Source of the DNA: an uncultured Acidimicrobiales bacterium
GTDB taxonomy: Bacteria; Actinomycetota; Acidimicrobiia; Acidimicrobiales; SZUA-35
Assembly: GCA_963793385.1 (NCBI GenBank)
Contig: CAWCAF010000016.1
Span: forward strand, 33,164-97,163
Length of the DNA: 64,000 bases
Direction of reading: 5' to 3'
Shown piece by piece: positions 53,619 to 63,476 of the stretch (its first letter is position 1; the number at the start of each line of letters is the position of its first letter). A program made the translations under genes and the position numbers. The notes under the pieces were generated by a model. The model did not search any database. It was not told the DNA's origin and worked only from the letters and a program-made list of their open reading frames with translations.

Positions 53619-54985
53619 CCGTCGCCGACCTCAACCGCAATCTTCGCTGGTACGTCTGGCATCAGCGGGTCGCCGGCGCCTTGTTCTGGGCACCGACAGC
53701 ATTCCTGTTCTTCGTCGATCGCTACGGACTGTCCGACGCTCTTCAGATCCAATCGGTGTACTACCTCGCCGTCGTCGGTCTCGAACTTCCGTCGGGTTGG
53801 TTCAGCGACCGCTTCGGGAGGGTCCCGACGTTGCGCATCGCAGCCGGATCGTGGATCGCCGCCCACACGATCTTCGTGACGACCGAATCGGCGCTCGGCG
53901 CCTCGGCCGGCCAGGTACTGCTCGCCGCCGGATTCGCCTTCATATCCGGTACCGATGTGACGTTCCACTACGACACGCTCGAAGCTTTGGGCCAGGAGAG
54001 TCGCTACGAGGAGCGGGAGTCGGCCATCCGACGGCAACTGCTGCTGGCGATGGCCTCGAGCGCTGCGATCGGCGGTGTTCTGGCCTTCGTCGATCTACGA
54101 CTGCCGTTCGTCGCCGCCGGCGCGATGGCGATCACCCAACTCGGGATAGCGATGGGCTTCACCCAGCCACCATCACATCCGAGCGATCGCCGCACCGGCC
54201 TCGCCGCGACCGTAACCCTCCTCCGTCGGCCTTTGCTGGCCTGGATCACTCTCTACGTCGTGTGCCAAGTGGTCACCATCCACTTGGCCGCCGAGCTGGG
54301 CGGCCCCTATCTGGCCACCGTCCTCGACGGCAACCTCGACGATCCGACGACGGCGGCCTTCCTCAACGGCCTGCTGGCCGCCGCCGTCGCCCTGGTCGGA
54401 GCGGCAACGTTGCGACGACTCTCGCACGTGACCGGCCGGCTGGGCCTCACCGCTGCGCTCGCCGCGATCGTGTTCGTGCCCACGATCCTGCTGATCATGA
54501 TGTCGCTGGTCACGGCCGTCTGGCTGATTCCGTTCCTGGCGCTCAGGGGCGTCCAGAGCGCGGCGAGCACCGTTCTCATCGGCGGGGTGGTCGGCGCCAC
54601 CGTCGACGCAGGAAACAGGGCCACATTCCTTTCGTTCACGAGCCTGCTCGGCCGGCTCGGCTACGGCGTGGCCCTCCTCGGACTGAGCGCGGGAGCACGC
54701 CTGAGCACCAATCTGACAGCGGCGGCCGTCGTCGGCGTCGTCGCGGCATCAGCGGTGGTGTTGACGAGGTTGTTGCTGTCGGAGAACGACCGGCAGATCT
54801 CGAAGATCCTGGAGCACGACCACAACGATCAGCACCACGAACACCGGCATTCCCACGACGACATGCACCACGAACACGAACAACCCGATACGGACCAGGG
54901 TCCCCACACCCACCCCCACGTGCATCCGGCCCTCACCCATTCCCATCCGCTGTGGCGAGACATCCATCACTCCTCGGGCTCGTAG
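53615..54985 (+). CDS. MFS transporter with histidine-rich C-terminal tail
   Basis: There are about 12 hydrophobic segments and MFS motif A 'GWFSDRFGRVPTL'. The tail reads 'LEHDHNDQHHEHRHSHDDMHHEHEQPDTDQGPHTHPHVHPALTHSHP'. The GTG start at 53615 overlaps the nth stop (GTGA). Confidence 0.8.
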   Translation: MTVADLNRNLRWYVWHQRVAGALFWAPTAFLFFVDRYGLSDALQIQSVYYLAVVGLELPSGWFSDRFGRVPTLRIAAGSWIAAHTIFVTTESALGASAGQVLLAAGFAFISGTDVTFHYDTLEALGQESRYEERESAIRRQLLLAMASSAAIGGVLAFVDLRLPFVAAGAMAITQLGIAMGFTQPPSHPSDRRTGLAATVTLLRRPLLAWITLYVVCQVVTIHLAAELGGPYLATVLDGNLDDPTTAAFLNGLLAAAVALVGAATLRRLSHVTGRLGLTAALAAIVFVPTILLIMMSLVTAVWLIPFLALRGVQSAASTVLIGGVVGATVDAGNRATFLSFTSLLGRLGYGVALLGLSAGARLSTNLTAAAVVGVVAASAVVLTRLLLSENDRQISKILEHDHNDQHHEHRHSHDDMHHEHEQPDTDQGPHTHPHVHPALTHSHPLWRDIHHSSGS

Positions 54986-55080
54986 CGCCGAGCGGCGGCA
55001 AACCATCCCCTCCGGAGCGGGCGCGATGGCGGCAGGGCCCGTCCGCCCGTAGGCTCGAGGCTCTCAGCGAAGGAAGCCGA

Positions 55081-55440
55081 ATGCACGAACTCGCCCTATG
55101 CTCTGCGATCGCCGATGCGGTACGCAAGCATGCGGAAGGCCGAACGGTGGAGACCGTCCACATCACAATCGGCCATTTCAGGCAGATCGTCCCCGACACG
55201 CTGCGTTTCTGCTGGCAGGTGCAGACCGAGCACAACGACCTGGCCGGCACCGAACTCGACATCACCTTCGTGGATGCGGTGATTCGGTGCTCGGGCTGCG
55301 GATCCGAGACCCGACTCAGCGACCCGGTCATGATCTGCGCTGCCTGTGGTTCGCACACCGTGGAGCTGATCGCAGGCGAGGAGTTCCTCATCGAATCGAT
55401 CTCTCTCGCCCGACCGATCCCCGACACAGCGGTGACCTGA
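55081..55440 (+). CDS. hypA: Hydrogenase nickel-insertion protein HypA
   Basis: 'MHELALCSAIADAVRKHAEGRTVETVHITIGHFRQIV' shows the N-terminal MHE Ni site, and 'CSGCG...CAACG' the zinc ribbon. Only the last 120 codons of ORF 53797..55440 are credible. Confidence 0.9.
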   Translation: MHELALCSAIADAVRKHAEGRTVETVHITIGHFRQIVPDTLRFCWQVQTEHNDLAGTELDITFVDAVIRCSGCGSETRLSDPVMICAACGSHTVELIAGEEFLIESISLARPIPDTAVT

Positions 55441-56210
55441 TGGCCCGGTTTCACCACCACGCCGAGGGCTCGATGCACCACGATCAAGACATCCCGCCCG
55501 AGGACGCCGGTCCGGATGGCCGCGACGTGGGTGACCACACCGCCTACGACACCGGTGCCGAGCGAGTACTCGTGCTCGAACGGATCCTCGCCGAGAACGA
55601 CCGTATCGCCGACCTCAACCGCGCCGTTCTGGCGGGGCACGGCATCCGCACCGTCAATCTGATGTCATCACCCGGCGCCGGCAAGACATCGCTGCTGGCG
55701 GCGACCATTCCAGCGCTCGCTCCGGAACGTCGGCTCGCCATTCTCGAAGGCGACATCGCGACCAGCCTTGACGCCGATGCCCTCACCGGGTTGGGAGCCC
55801 AGATCGCCCTGGTGAACACGAACGACGGCTTTGGGGGCGAATGCCACCTGGACGCCGTCATGGTTCGTTCCGGGCTGACACGTCTCGATCTCGACGCCAT
55901 CGACCTGCTGATCGTCGAAAACGTGGGCAACCTCGTCTGTCCGGCGGAGTTCGACATCGGACAGGATCGACGGGCGATGGTGTTCTCGATCACCGAAGGT
56001 GAGGACAAGCCCCTCAAGTACCCGGTCATGTTCCGGGCATCCGAAATGGTTGTGATCAACAAGATCGACTTGGTCCCCCACCTCGAGGTCGATCTCGACC
56101 TGTTCCGCGCCAACCTGCTGGCCGTCAATCCTGGCGCGACGGTCATCGAGCTCTCGGCCAGAACCGGCGAGGGCATCGATGCCTGGTTGGACTGGCTGCG
56201 ACGCATTTGA
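55440..56210 (+). CDS. hypB: Hydrogenase nickel-incorporation GTPase HypB
   Basis: The N-terminus is His-rich ('MARFHHHAEGSMHHDQD'). The P-loop is 'SSPGAGKTSLL', followed by 'ENVGNLVCPAEFD' and 'INKIDL'. The ATG at 55440 overlaps the hypA TGA. Confidence 0.92.
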   Translation: MARFHHHAEGSMHHDQDIPPEDAGPDGRDVGDHTAYDTGAERVLVLERILAENDRIADLNRAVLAGHGIRTVNLMSSPGAGKTSLLAATIPALAPERRLAILEGDIATSLDADALTGLGAQIALVNTNDGFGGECHLDAVMVRSGLTRLDLDAIDLLIVENVGNLVCPAEFDIGQDRRAMVFSITEGEDKPLKYPVMFRASEMVVINKIDLVPHLEVDLDLFRANLLAVNPGATVIELSARTGEGIDAWLDWLRRI

Positions 56211-56389
56211 TCGTCGGGAACCCAGGTGACAGAACCCATGAAACCAAGACGGCGTGGGTCGTCCGTACCCGGGCTCATCCCGGGACGAGGTCGATTCGAG
56301 GAGCTAGAGTCGACTGGTGTCAACAGCAACTTCAATCGCTCAGGCCGGCATGTGACAGTGATCCGAACACTTCGTGACCCGGTCGAGCC

Positions 56390-56878
56390 TTGGTGAACGC
56401 GCAACGTTCGGCGGCACCTCGCCCAACGATCGGATGGCGCGAATGGGTCTCGTTGCCGGCCATCGGCGTCCCGTGGATCAAAGCCAAGGTCGACACCGGC
56501 GCCCGAACGTCGTCGATCCACGCCTTCGACATGGTGAGGATCGAAGGCCCGGAAGGACCGATCGTGCGCTTCGAGATCCACCCGTGGCAAAAATCGTCCC
56601 GGGACGCGATCGTCGCCGAGCTCCCGGTCTTGGAGGACCGGACGATCCGCTCATCCAACGGCTCGATCGAGGTGCGTCCGGTGATACGAACCGCAGTGGG
56701 CGTTGGCACCCACGCTCTGATCGTCCATTTCACGCTGACTCGGCGAGATGAAATGGGCTTCAGAATGCTTCTGGGCCGCCAGGCGATTCGACGGCGGTTC
56801 CTTATCGATCCGGCCAAGTCCTTCCAGGCCGGCCGACCACCCAAGGACGTGCTGCGGGCCAATCGGAGGAGGCAATGA
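56390..56878 (+). CDS. DUF785 / retropepsin-like 'ATP-dependent zinc protease' family protein (RimK-associated, RimB-like)
   Basis: 'IGWREWVSLPAIGVPWIKAKVDTGARTSSIHAFDM...VRFEIHP.......RPVIRT...LTRRDEMGFRMLLGRQAIR'. Start at TTG 56390 or GTG 56393. Confidence 0.75.
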   Translation: MVNAQRSAAPRPTIGWREWVSLPAIGVPWIKAKVDTGARTSSIHAFDMVRIEGPEGPIVRFEIHPWQKSSRDAIVAELPVLEDRTIRSSNGSIEVRPVIRTAVGVGTHALIVHFTLTRRDEMGFRMLLGRQAIRRRFLIDPAKSFQAGRPPKDVLRANRRRQ

Positions 56879-57864
56879 TGGCGACCACGATCGCGACCGT
56901 CGTTTTCGATCGGGGGTCTCTCGATCAGACCGGGTCAGAAACTGGCCAACGTCGAACTGCCGATCGGGCAGCTCGTCACCGGCGTCCCCATTGCACGCTG
57001 CCCGTCCAGGTCATGCACGGCAAACACGAAGGACCGACCGCGTGGATCAACGCCGCAATCCACGGTGACGAGGTGAACGGCGTCGAGATCATCCGCCGGG
57101 TCCTGGCCGAGATCAATCCGAGCTCGCTGCACGGCACCCTTCTCGCCGTCCCGGTCGTCAACGGCCACGGTTTCATGTCCGGTGTCCGCTACCTGCCGGA
57201 CCGGCGGGACCTGAACCGGGCCTTCCCCGGTTCGGAACGAGGCCCGCTCGCCTCACGGATCGCCCATCTCTTCAGCCGGGAGGTGGTAGCCCGCTGCTCG
57301 GTCGGCATCGACCTGCACACCGGTTCGGACCATCGGACCAATCTGCCTCAGATCCGTGCCGACCTCGACGATCCGGCAACTCGACGGTTGGCTCAAGCCT
57401 TCGGCGCTCCGGTGATGCTGCACGCACGCACGAGGGACGGGTCCCTTCGTCAGGCGGCCGCCGACGCAGGGGCCACCGTCCTGCTCTACGAGGGCGGTGA
57501 GGCGTGGCGGTTCGACGAGCCATCGATCTCGACCGCCACGAGCGGTGTTCTCCGCGTCCTCAACGAGATCGGAATGTTGAAAGAGCAACTGCACGGCAGG
57601 ATCGAGCCGCCCGCCTCGATCGAGTGTCGGTCATCTCGGTGGGTTCGTGTCCGCAGGAGTGGTATCGCCCAGATCTGGTCAAGCGTCGGAGAGGTCGTCA
57701 CGAAAGGACAACTCATGGGCCGGGTCCATGACGCGTTCGGACGACGGCTGGCGGTCGTGAAGTCGAACACCGACGGAATCGTCATCGGGCTGAATCTGTC
57801 GCCGATTGTCAACCAAGGCGACGCCGTAGTTCACATCGCCCAACCCAAGGAGCACCTCGATTGA
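56875..57864 (+). CDS. Succinylglutamate desuccinylase/aspartoacylase (AstE/AspA, M14-like) family protein (two compensating frame breaks near ~56935-57000)
   Basis: 'PVQVMHGKHEGPTAWINAAIHGDEVNGVEIIRRV...NRAFPGS..G.LASRIAH...GIDLHTGS' shows the zinc-ligand HxxE pattern. An alternative frame gives 'VELPIGQLVTGVPIA' just upstream. Confidence 0.78.
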   Translation: MMATTIATVVFDRGSLDQTGSETGQRRTADRAARHRRPHCTLPVQVMHGKHEGPTAWINAAIHGDEVNGVEIIRRVLAEINPSSLHGTLLAVPVVNGHGFMSGVRYLPDRRDLNRAFPGSERGPLASRIAHLFSREVVARCSVGIDLHTGSDHRTNLPQIRADLDDPATRRLAQAFGAPVMLHARTRDGSLRQAAADAGATVLLYEGGEAWRFDEPSISTATSGVLRVLNEIGMLKEQLHGRIEPPASIECRSSRWVRVRRSGIAQIWSSVGEVVTKGQLMGRVHDAFGRRLAVVKSNTDGIVIGLNLSPIVNQGDAVVHIAQPKEHLD

Positions 57865-59067
57865 AACTCGCCATCCTCTCCCGAGCGCCGAGCAGCTACA
57901 GCACTCGCCGATTCAAGGTCGCCGCCAGTGAACGAGGGCACGACGTCAAGGTCCTGAACACGTTGCGATTCGCCATCGACCTCGCCGGAGACGAACCGGA
58001 TCTGCAGTACCGAGGCAAGCCGCTCTCGGACTACGACGCGATTCTTCCCCGCATCGGCGCATCGATCACCTACTTCGGAACGGCGGTCGTCCGGCAGTTC
58101 GAACAGATGGACGTGTATACGCCGAATGGGTCCAACGGCATCCTCAATTCGCGAGACAAACTCCGTTCGTTGCAGATCCTGTCGCGGCACGACATCGCCA
58201 TCCCGCCCTCCACGTTCGTCCGGGATCGACTCGATGCGGCCGCCGCCATCCGGCGGGTCGGCGGCGCCCCGGTGATCATCAAGCTGCTCGAGGGCACGCA
58301 GGGCATCGGCGTCATTCTGGCCCCCGACGCCAAGATCGCCGAGGCGATCATCGAGACGTTGCACAGCACGGGAACCAACGTGCTCCTGCAGAAGTTCATC
58401 GCCGAGAGCAAAGGCAAGGACATCCGCGGCTCTTGTCGTCGGCGATCGGGTGGTCGCAGCGATGCGGAGGGTCGCCCAGGGTGACGAGTTCCGCAGCAAC
58501 GTCCACCGCGGCGGATCGGCCGAACCGGTCCAGATCAGCAAGGAGTTCGAGACCGCAGCGGTGAGAGCTGCCCAGATCATGGGGCTCAAGGTCGCCGGGG
58601 TCGACATGCTCGAGAGCGACTCCGGACCGATGATCTTGGAGGTCAACTCGTCGCCAGGACTCGAAGGCATCGAAACGGCAACCGAGCTCGACGTGGCCGG
58701 GGCGATCGTCGACTACATCTCCAACCAGGTCGCGTTCCCCGAACTCGACGTGCGCCAACGTCTGACGGTGAGTACCGGCTACGGCGTGGCCGAGATCCTC
58801 ATCAGAGATGACTCGGAGTTCGTCGGGAAGACCCTGGAGGAATCGGGGCTTCGAGACAAGGACATCGCGGTGCTGTCGCTGCATCGCGACACCCTTGTGG
58901 TCCCCAACCCGAGGCCGGTACGGGTTCTCGAAGGAAACGATCGGCTGCTGTGCTTCGGGAACCTCGAGCAGATGCGAGGTCTGATACCGGCACGACGGAA
59001 ACGGCGGGCCAAGGTGAAGGAACTCCCTGAAGAACCGCTCATCGACCACTCGGAGCTTCCCCAATGA
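57861..59067 (+). CDS. rimK: RimK-family ATP-grasp alpha-L-glutamate ligase fused to a C-terminal TrkA_C (RCK_C) domain (one frame break near ~58430)
   Basis: '[18 protein letters not shown]...[21 protein letters not shown]...[16 protein letters not shown]...[15 protein letters not shown]', then '[26 protein letters not shown]...[25 protein letters not shown]'. The TrkA_C-like tail is '[59 protein letters not shown]'. Confidence 0.85.
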
Positions 59068-59414
59068 ACTCCCGCAGGTCCATTCCGATGTTCAGCATCA
59101 GTCGAACGATCGTGGTGAGAGCGAGCGGCAGCATCGACGTCGACGGCATCACGCAGTTGGACAGTATTCTCCGGGATCTGATCCACGAACACGGGATCAC
59201 AGATCTGGTGCTGGACCTGTCCTCGGTCGAACACATCGACCCCCGGGGCGCCGGACTGCTCGATTGGGTTCAGGATTCGCTCACCAAACGGGGCGGGGTC
59301 CTGGAGCTGCGGTTGCCGACGGCGCCGTCGGACCATCTGATAGGGATGTCTGCCGAGATCCCTTCCTTCATCTCCTTCGCCTCGCAGAACAAGGCCACCG
59401 ATCCGAGAGAATGA
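59064..59414 (+). CDS. STAS-domain protein (anti-sigma-factor-antagonist-like)
   Basis: '[67 protein letters not shown]'. The ATG overlaps the rimK stop. Confidence 0.7.
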   Translation: MNSRRSIPMFSISRTIVVRASGSIDVDGITQLDSILRDLIHEHGITDLVLDLSSVEHIDPRGAGLLDWVQDSLTKRGGVLELRLPTAPSDHLIGMSAEIPSFISFASQNKATDPRE

Positions 59415-59418
59415 GCAT

Positions 59419-60198
59419 CTATACCCCTCTCACCGTGACAGAACCGAGGTGGGAGTACCGGGCCGTGCCAACCGTGCCCACCGCCAGTGGCCTGGCGTCG
59501 GTGGCGGCACCGGCCATGACAAGCCAACCCGGCTCGAGCCCTTGACCGTACCGAGCCAGATGATTGGCAAGCATCGCGACGCAGGCGGCCGGATCACCGA
59601 GCAGAGCCGCACCTGTGGCCGTGCCGGTCACCACACCGTCGACCTCGAATACGCAGCCGAGGGTGGTGAGATCGGCGCCACCGGGTCTGATCCCGTTGGC
59701 GCCGACCATCACCCGTGCGGCCGAGGTGTTGTCGGCGATCACGTCAGGAAGCGTGAAACTGAACGCTTCGTACCGCGAATCGATTACCTCGATACCGCCG
59801 ACGATCGCAGCGGTTGCATCGAACACGTCGCCGACGTCCACGCCGGGCCCGGTGAGGTCAGAGCCGAGACGGAAGACGATTTCGGGTTCGATCCGGGGGT
59901 GGATCAGCTCCCCGACGACAACCTCACCGGAGTCGGGCAGTACCGACGACTCGAGAAGCCAGCCGTACACCGGCGCGTCGACTCCCATCTGCTGTTGTTT
60001 GGCGACCGACGTCAGGCCCAGTTTTGCCCCGGCCACAGCCTCGCCGCGATCGATCAGTAGGTTCAGCGCCGCCGCTTGAATGGCGTAGGCGTCGTCGATC
60101 GAGAGATCGTCGACCTGTGTGGTGATCGCCGGCAGTTCGCGACGTTCATCGACTCCGGCGATGAGATACCGGGCCCATTTCACGTGGTCGATCGACAT
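59419..60198 (-). CDS. 2-oxopent-4-enoate hydratase-like (MhpD/FAH fold) protein
   Basis: From the ATG (complement 60196-60198): 'LSIDDAYAIQAAALNLLIDRGEAVAGAKLGLTSVAKQQQMGVDAPVYGWL...IEPEIVFRL...GIEVIDSR...ADNTSAA'. Confidence 0.8.
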   Translation of the reverse strand: MSIDHVKWARYLIAGVDERRELPAITTQVDDLSIDDAYAIQAAALNLLIDRGEAVAGAKLGLTSVAKQQQMGVDAPVYGWLLESSVLPDSGEVVVGELIHPRIEPEIVFRLGSDLTGPGVDVGDVFDATAAIVGGIEVIDSRYEAFSFTLPDVIADNTSAARVMVGANGIRPGGADLTTLGCVFEVDGVVTGTATGAALLGDPAACVAMLANHLARYGQGLEPGWLVMAGAATDARPLAVGTVGTARYSHLGSVTVRGV

Positions 60199-60596
60199 GG
60201 CTTCCTCCGAACGTCTCGCAGCGCTCGCCCTTGCGGCGCCTCGACATCGAGTGGGCTCGGAAAACCGCTCCTGTGACATGTGGACCCCTTCGTGGATTCG
60301 GTTCGGACCATATGCCGGCGGGCGGCCAACGACGACGACGAAACCGACATCACGTCCGTGCACATCCTGCACGCGGTTTCGGTCGGGCACCAAAGCCAGT
60401 CGCCCGTCGGCCGTGATCCTGATCTGCATGCGAAGGGTGTCGTCGGCGGCGGAATGTCGAGACCGGGAGCCGTGATGTCCATGTGACGCAACCCCAGGCT
60501 CTCGTGTGACGTACGCTACCTGCCAGCGTCCCGTATTCGGAAAGCTGTCCCGCATGACGGGAACACGAACACGTGCGGAGTCTATCCTTGGGGCCC

Positions 60597-61353
60597 ATGA
60601 CCCTCCAGTCGGTCACCAACGCCGTGCGCGTGTTGAAGGCCTTCAACTCGACGACACCGGAGTGGGGTGTGACCGAACTGGCCGATCACCTCGCACTCGG
60701 CAAGTCCTCCACGCATCGGCTGCTGTCGACGCTGAGCCAGGAGAGGATGCTCGACCAGAATCCCGCCACCGGCCGGTACCGCTTGGGACTCGCCATGTTC
60801 GATCTCGCCGCTGCGGTGCCCAGCACAGCTCGACCTCCACGAGGCGGTTCTGGCCCCGATGACCGCGCTGCGCAACCAGACCGGGGAGACCGTGCACGTG
60901 GCGGTCCTCGACGGGCGAGAAGTGGTCTACATCGAGCGGCTCGACAGCCCGAACACGCTCCGGATGTTCCTCGAGATCGGGCGACGCAACTCAGCGCACT
61001 GCTCCGGCACGGGCAAGGTGCTGTTGGCCTTCCTCGCCAAGGACCATCAGAACCGGCTCCTGTCGGGCTGGCAGCTGGAGGTCAAGACCGAGTTCACCAT
61101 CACCGACACGACGGCACTGCGCCGGGAACTCGACCAGATCCGACAGCACGGGTATGCAACCAATCGGCACGAGGCAGAGGTCGGTGTGGTCAGCATCGCT
61201 GCACCCATCCGAGACCGGTCGGCACAGGTGGTGGCGGCGATCAGCGTGGCGGGACCGTCGGACCGCATGAACGCGGTCGAGCGGCAGCTGGCCCAGCTGA
61301 CAACCCAGACCGCAGCGCTGATTTCGCGGCGTCTTGGCCACCGCTCGGCCTGA
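60597..61353 (+). CDS. IclR family transcriptional regulator (one frame break near ~60830)
   Basis: 'SVTNAVRVLKAFNSTTPEWGVTELADHLALGKSSTHRLLSTLSQERML' is the wHTH. It continues as 'MTALRNQTGETVHVAVLDGREVVYIERLDS...GTGKVLLAFL...GYATNRHEAEVGVVSIAAPI'. Confidence 0.85.
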
Positions 61354-61456
61354 CATGTGCAACGAACGCGTACCGTTGGCCGATCTCACGATCAACACCT
61401 GCGTCGAGGCTGGAGACGGATCAGTTTTCCGTAGACGGACTCGGACCGGTCGTAGG

Positions 61457-62217
61457 TCAATGCTCCATGAAGTCGATCAGGCTCCCGCCGTCGAGCACGA
61501 GGGTCTGGCCGGTCACCCACGACGATGCGTCCGAGCACAGGTACATCGCCGCCTGGGCGATGTCGTCGACCTCACCCAAACGCCTCAGCGGATACCCACG
61601 AGCGATCTGTTCTCCCCGTTCACCCTCCCACAGCAGGCGGGCGAAGTCGGTCTTGATCAGACCGGGGGCCACCGCATTGACCCTGACCCCGGGAGCGAGC
61701 TCAGCCGCCAGTTGTTTGGTCGTGTGGATCAAGCGCCGCCTTGGTCACGTTGTAGACCGCCAGTTCCGAGCTCGTGCCCGAGGCCACCGACGGACGCAAC
61801 GTTCAGGACGACGTCCGCCACCGTCGCTTCATTCCTGCCCGCCAGACGGCCTGTGTCCAGATCAAGGGGGCCGTGAGATTCACCTGAAACGTCTTGTTCC
61901 ACCTTGGCAGGTCGGCGTCGATGAGCGGACCGACGTACGGATTGGTCGCGGCGTTGTTCACCAGGATGTGCACGCCACCGAAACGCTTCACCGTTGCGTT
62001 GACGACCGCTTCGGCACTCTCGGGTTCTCCGACATTTCCCGCCATCCAGGCGCACCCATGACCCACCTCCACGGCCGCAGCTTCGAGCTGCTCGGCCTTG
62101 CGGCTCGTGATCATCACGTTGGCGCCGGCCTCGGCGAACGCCGCTGCGATCGCCAGGCCGATTCCCTCTCGACCCACCGGTGACGATCGCCGTCCTGCCA
62201 TCGAGTCGCATGTCCAT
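61457..62217 (-). CDS. SDR family oxidoreductase (about 2 frame breaks)
   Basis: 'GRTAIVTGGSRGIGLAIA...LVNNAATNP...', then hand-translated 'YNVTKAALIHTTKQLAAELAPGVRVNAVAPGLIKT...GQTLVLDGG'. Confidence 0.82.
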
Positions 62218-62238
62218 GGGCCCAGCCTAGAGAGAAGG

Positions 62239-63476
62239 TCAGTCCCGGCGCCGGGGTCGGTCGGCCTCGGCGAAGTACTCGTGCACGCTGGCGACGAGAG
62301 TGCGCACTCCCACGGCGATGACCCGCTCGTCCACGTCGAAGTGTCCAGCGTGAAGGTCGAGCCGGGGGGTGGGATCAGCAGGATCATGAGTGCCGAGACG
62401 CAGGAACGCGCACGGAACCTCGCGGGTGTACCAGGCGAAATCATCGCCACCCCAGCTCTGCTCGGCTTCGACGAGCGCTGCCGAACCGAATTCGTGGAGC
62501 GACCGCACGGCCGGCGATCTCCACCATGTGCGGATCGCTCACCACCGGCGGCACCCCGGTGGTGTAGGCCAGCTCGATAGAGGGCATTGGACCCTGCCAG
62601 GATCTCGGCCAGCGCTTCGTCGCAGATCTTCGGGAGAAGCTCCCAGCACTCCGTCGACGGTGTCCGCACCGACGCCTTGAGTAGACAGTGCGACGGGATC
62701 ACATTGCCGGCCGCCCCCGAGCGGATCGCTCCGAAGACGAGCCTCACCATCGAGGGGTCGTCGAGAGCAGCGGCGACGCGAGCCGGAAGTTCGCTCACCA
62801 CTCGAGCGGCCAGACTGATGATGTCGATCGTCTCCTCCGGTCGTGCGGTGTGGCCGCCGGGACCGGACAGGGTGATCTCGGCGACGTCGGCGGCAGAGGT
62901 GATCGGTCCCGCGCGCATACCGACGGTCCCCACGTCCATTCTCGGCATGCAGTGGATGCCGATCATGGCGGCGACGCCGTCGAGACCGTCTGCTCCGCAG
63001 GACGTCGAGGGCTCCGCCGGGCATTCGCTCCTCGGCGGGTTGAAAGACGAACCTGAGCGGACCGGGCAGCTCGTCACGATGGTGAGCGAAGTACAGCGCG
63101 GTCCCGAGGACGATGGCGGTGTGCACGTCGTGACCGCAGGCATGGGCAACGCCGGGAACCTGGCTGCGGTAGGGCGACATCCTTCTCGTCGTCCATCGCC
63201 AGCGCATCGAGATCGGCTCGAAGCGCAAGGGCACCTCCTCGTGACCACTCGGCGCCGAGGTCACACACCAGGCCCGTGCCCACCTCGAGGATCACAGGAC
63301 TCATTCCTGCGATGCGGAGCCGTTCGGCCACCAGTTCGGTGGCGCCAGTGTTCCTCACCGCTCAGCTCCGGGTGGGCGTGCATGTTCCGGCGGATCGCGA
63401 TGAGCCCTCGTTGTGTTCGTGCGAGCCAGTTGTCGAGTGATGGGCGGCTCGGCACGCCGGAGCTGTGGTCGTTCAT
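62239..63476 (-). CDS. M20-family amidohydrolase (aminoacylase/hippurate-hydrolase-like; at least 4 frame breaks)
   Basis: '[19 protein letters not shown]', '[11 protein letters not shown]', '[20 protein letters not shown]', '[13 protein letters not shown]', 'GIHCMP', '[16 protein letters not shown]' and 'GGDDFAWY' sit in successive frames. There is an ATGA overlap with the upstream ligase gene. Confidence 0.8.

Noticed and set aside
53797-55440. ORF 53797..55440 read as a single 547-aa protein.
   Set aside because: Only the last 120 codons (from the ATG at 55081) look like a protein, namely HypA. The upstream part is an out-of-frame read-through of the MFS transporter gene and is Arg/Pro-rich.
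60199-60596. The long (~400 bp) gap between the MhpD-like and IclR genes, including the in-frame N-terminal extension of ORF 59419..60555 ('MQIRITADGRLALVPDRNRVQDVHGRDVGFVVVV...') and ORFs 60180..60491 (-) and 60119..60475 (+).
   Set aside because: From 'MSIDHVK' the hydratase already has the full family length (~260 aa). The extension is joined by an Arg/Ala-rich stretch that looks non-coding, and no motif is recognisable. A small unannotated ORF cannot be excluded but is not supportable.
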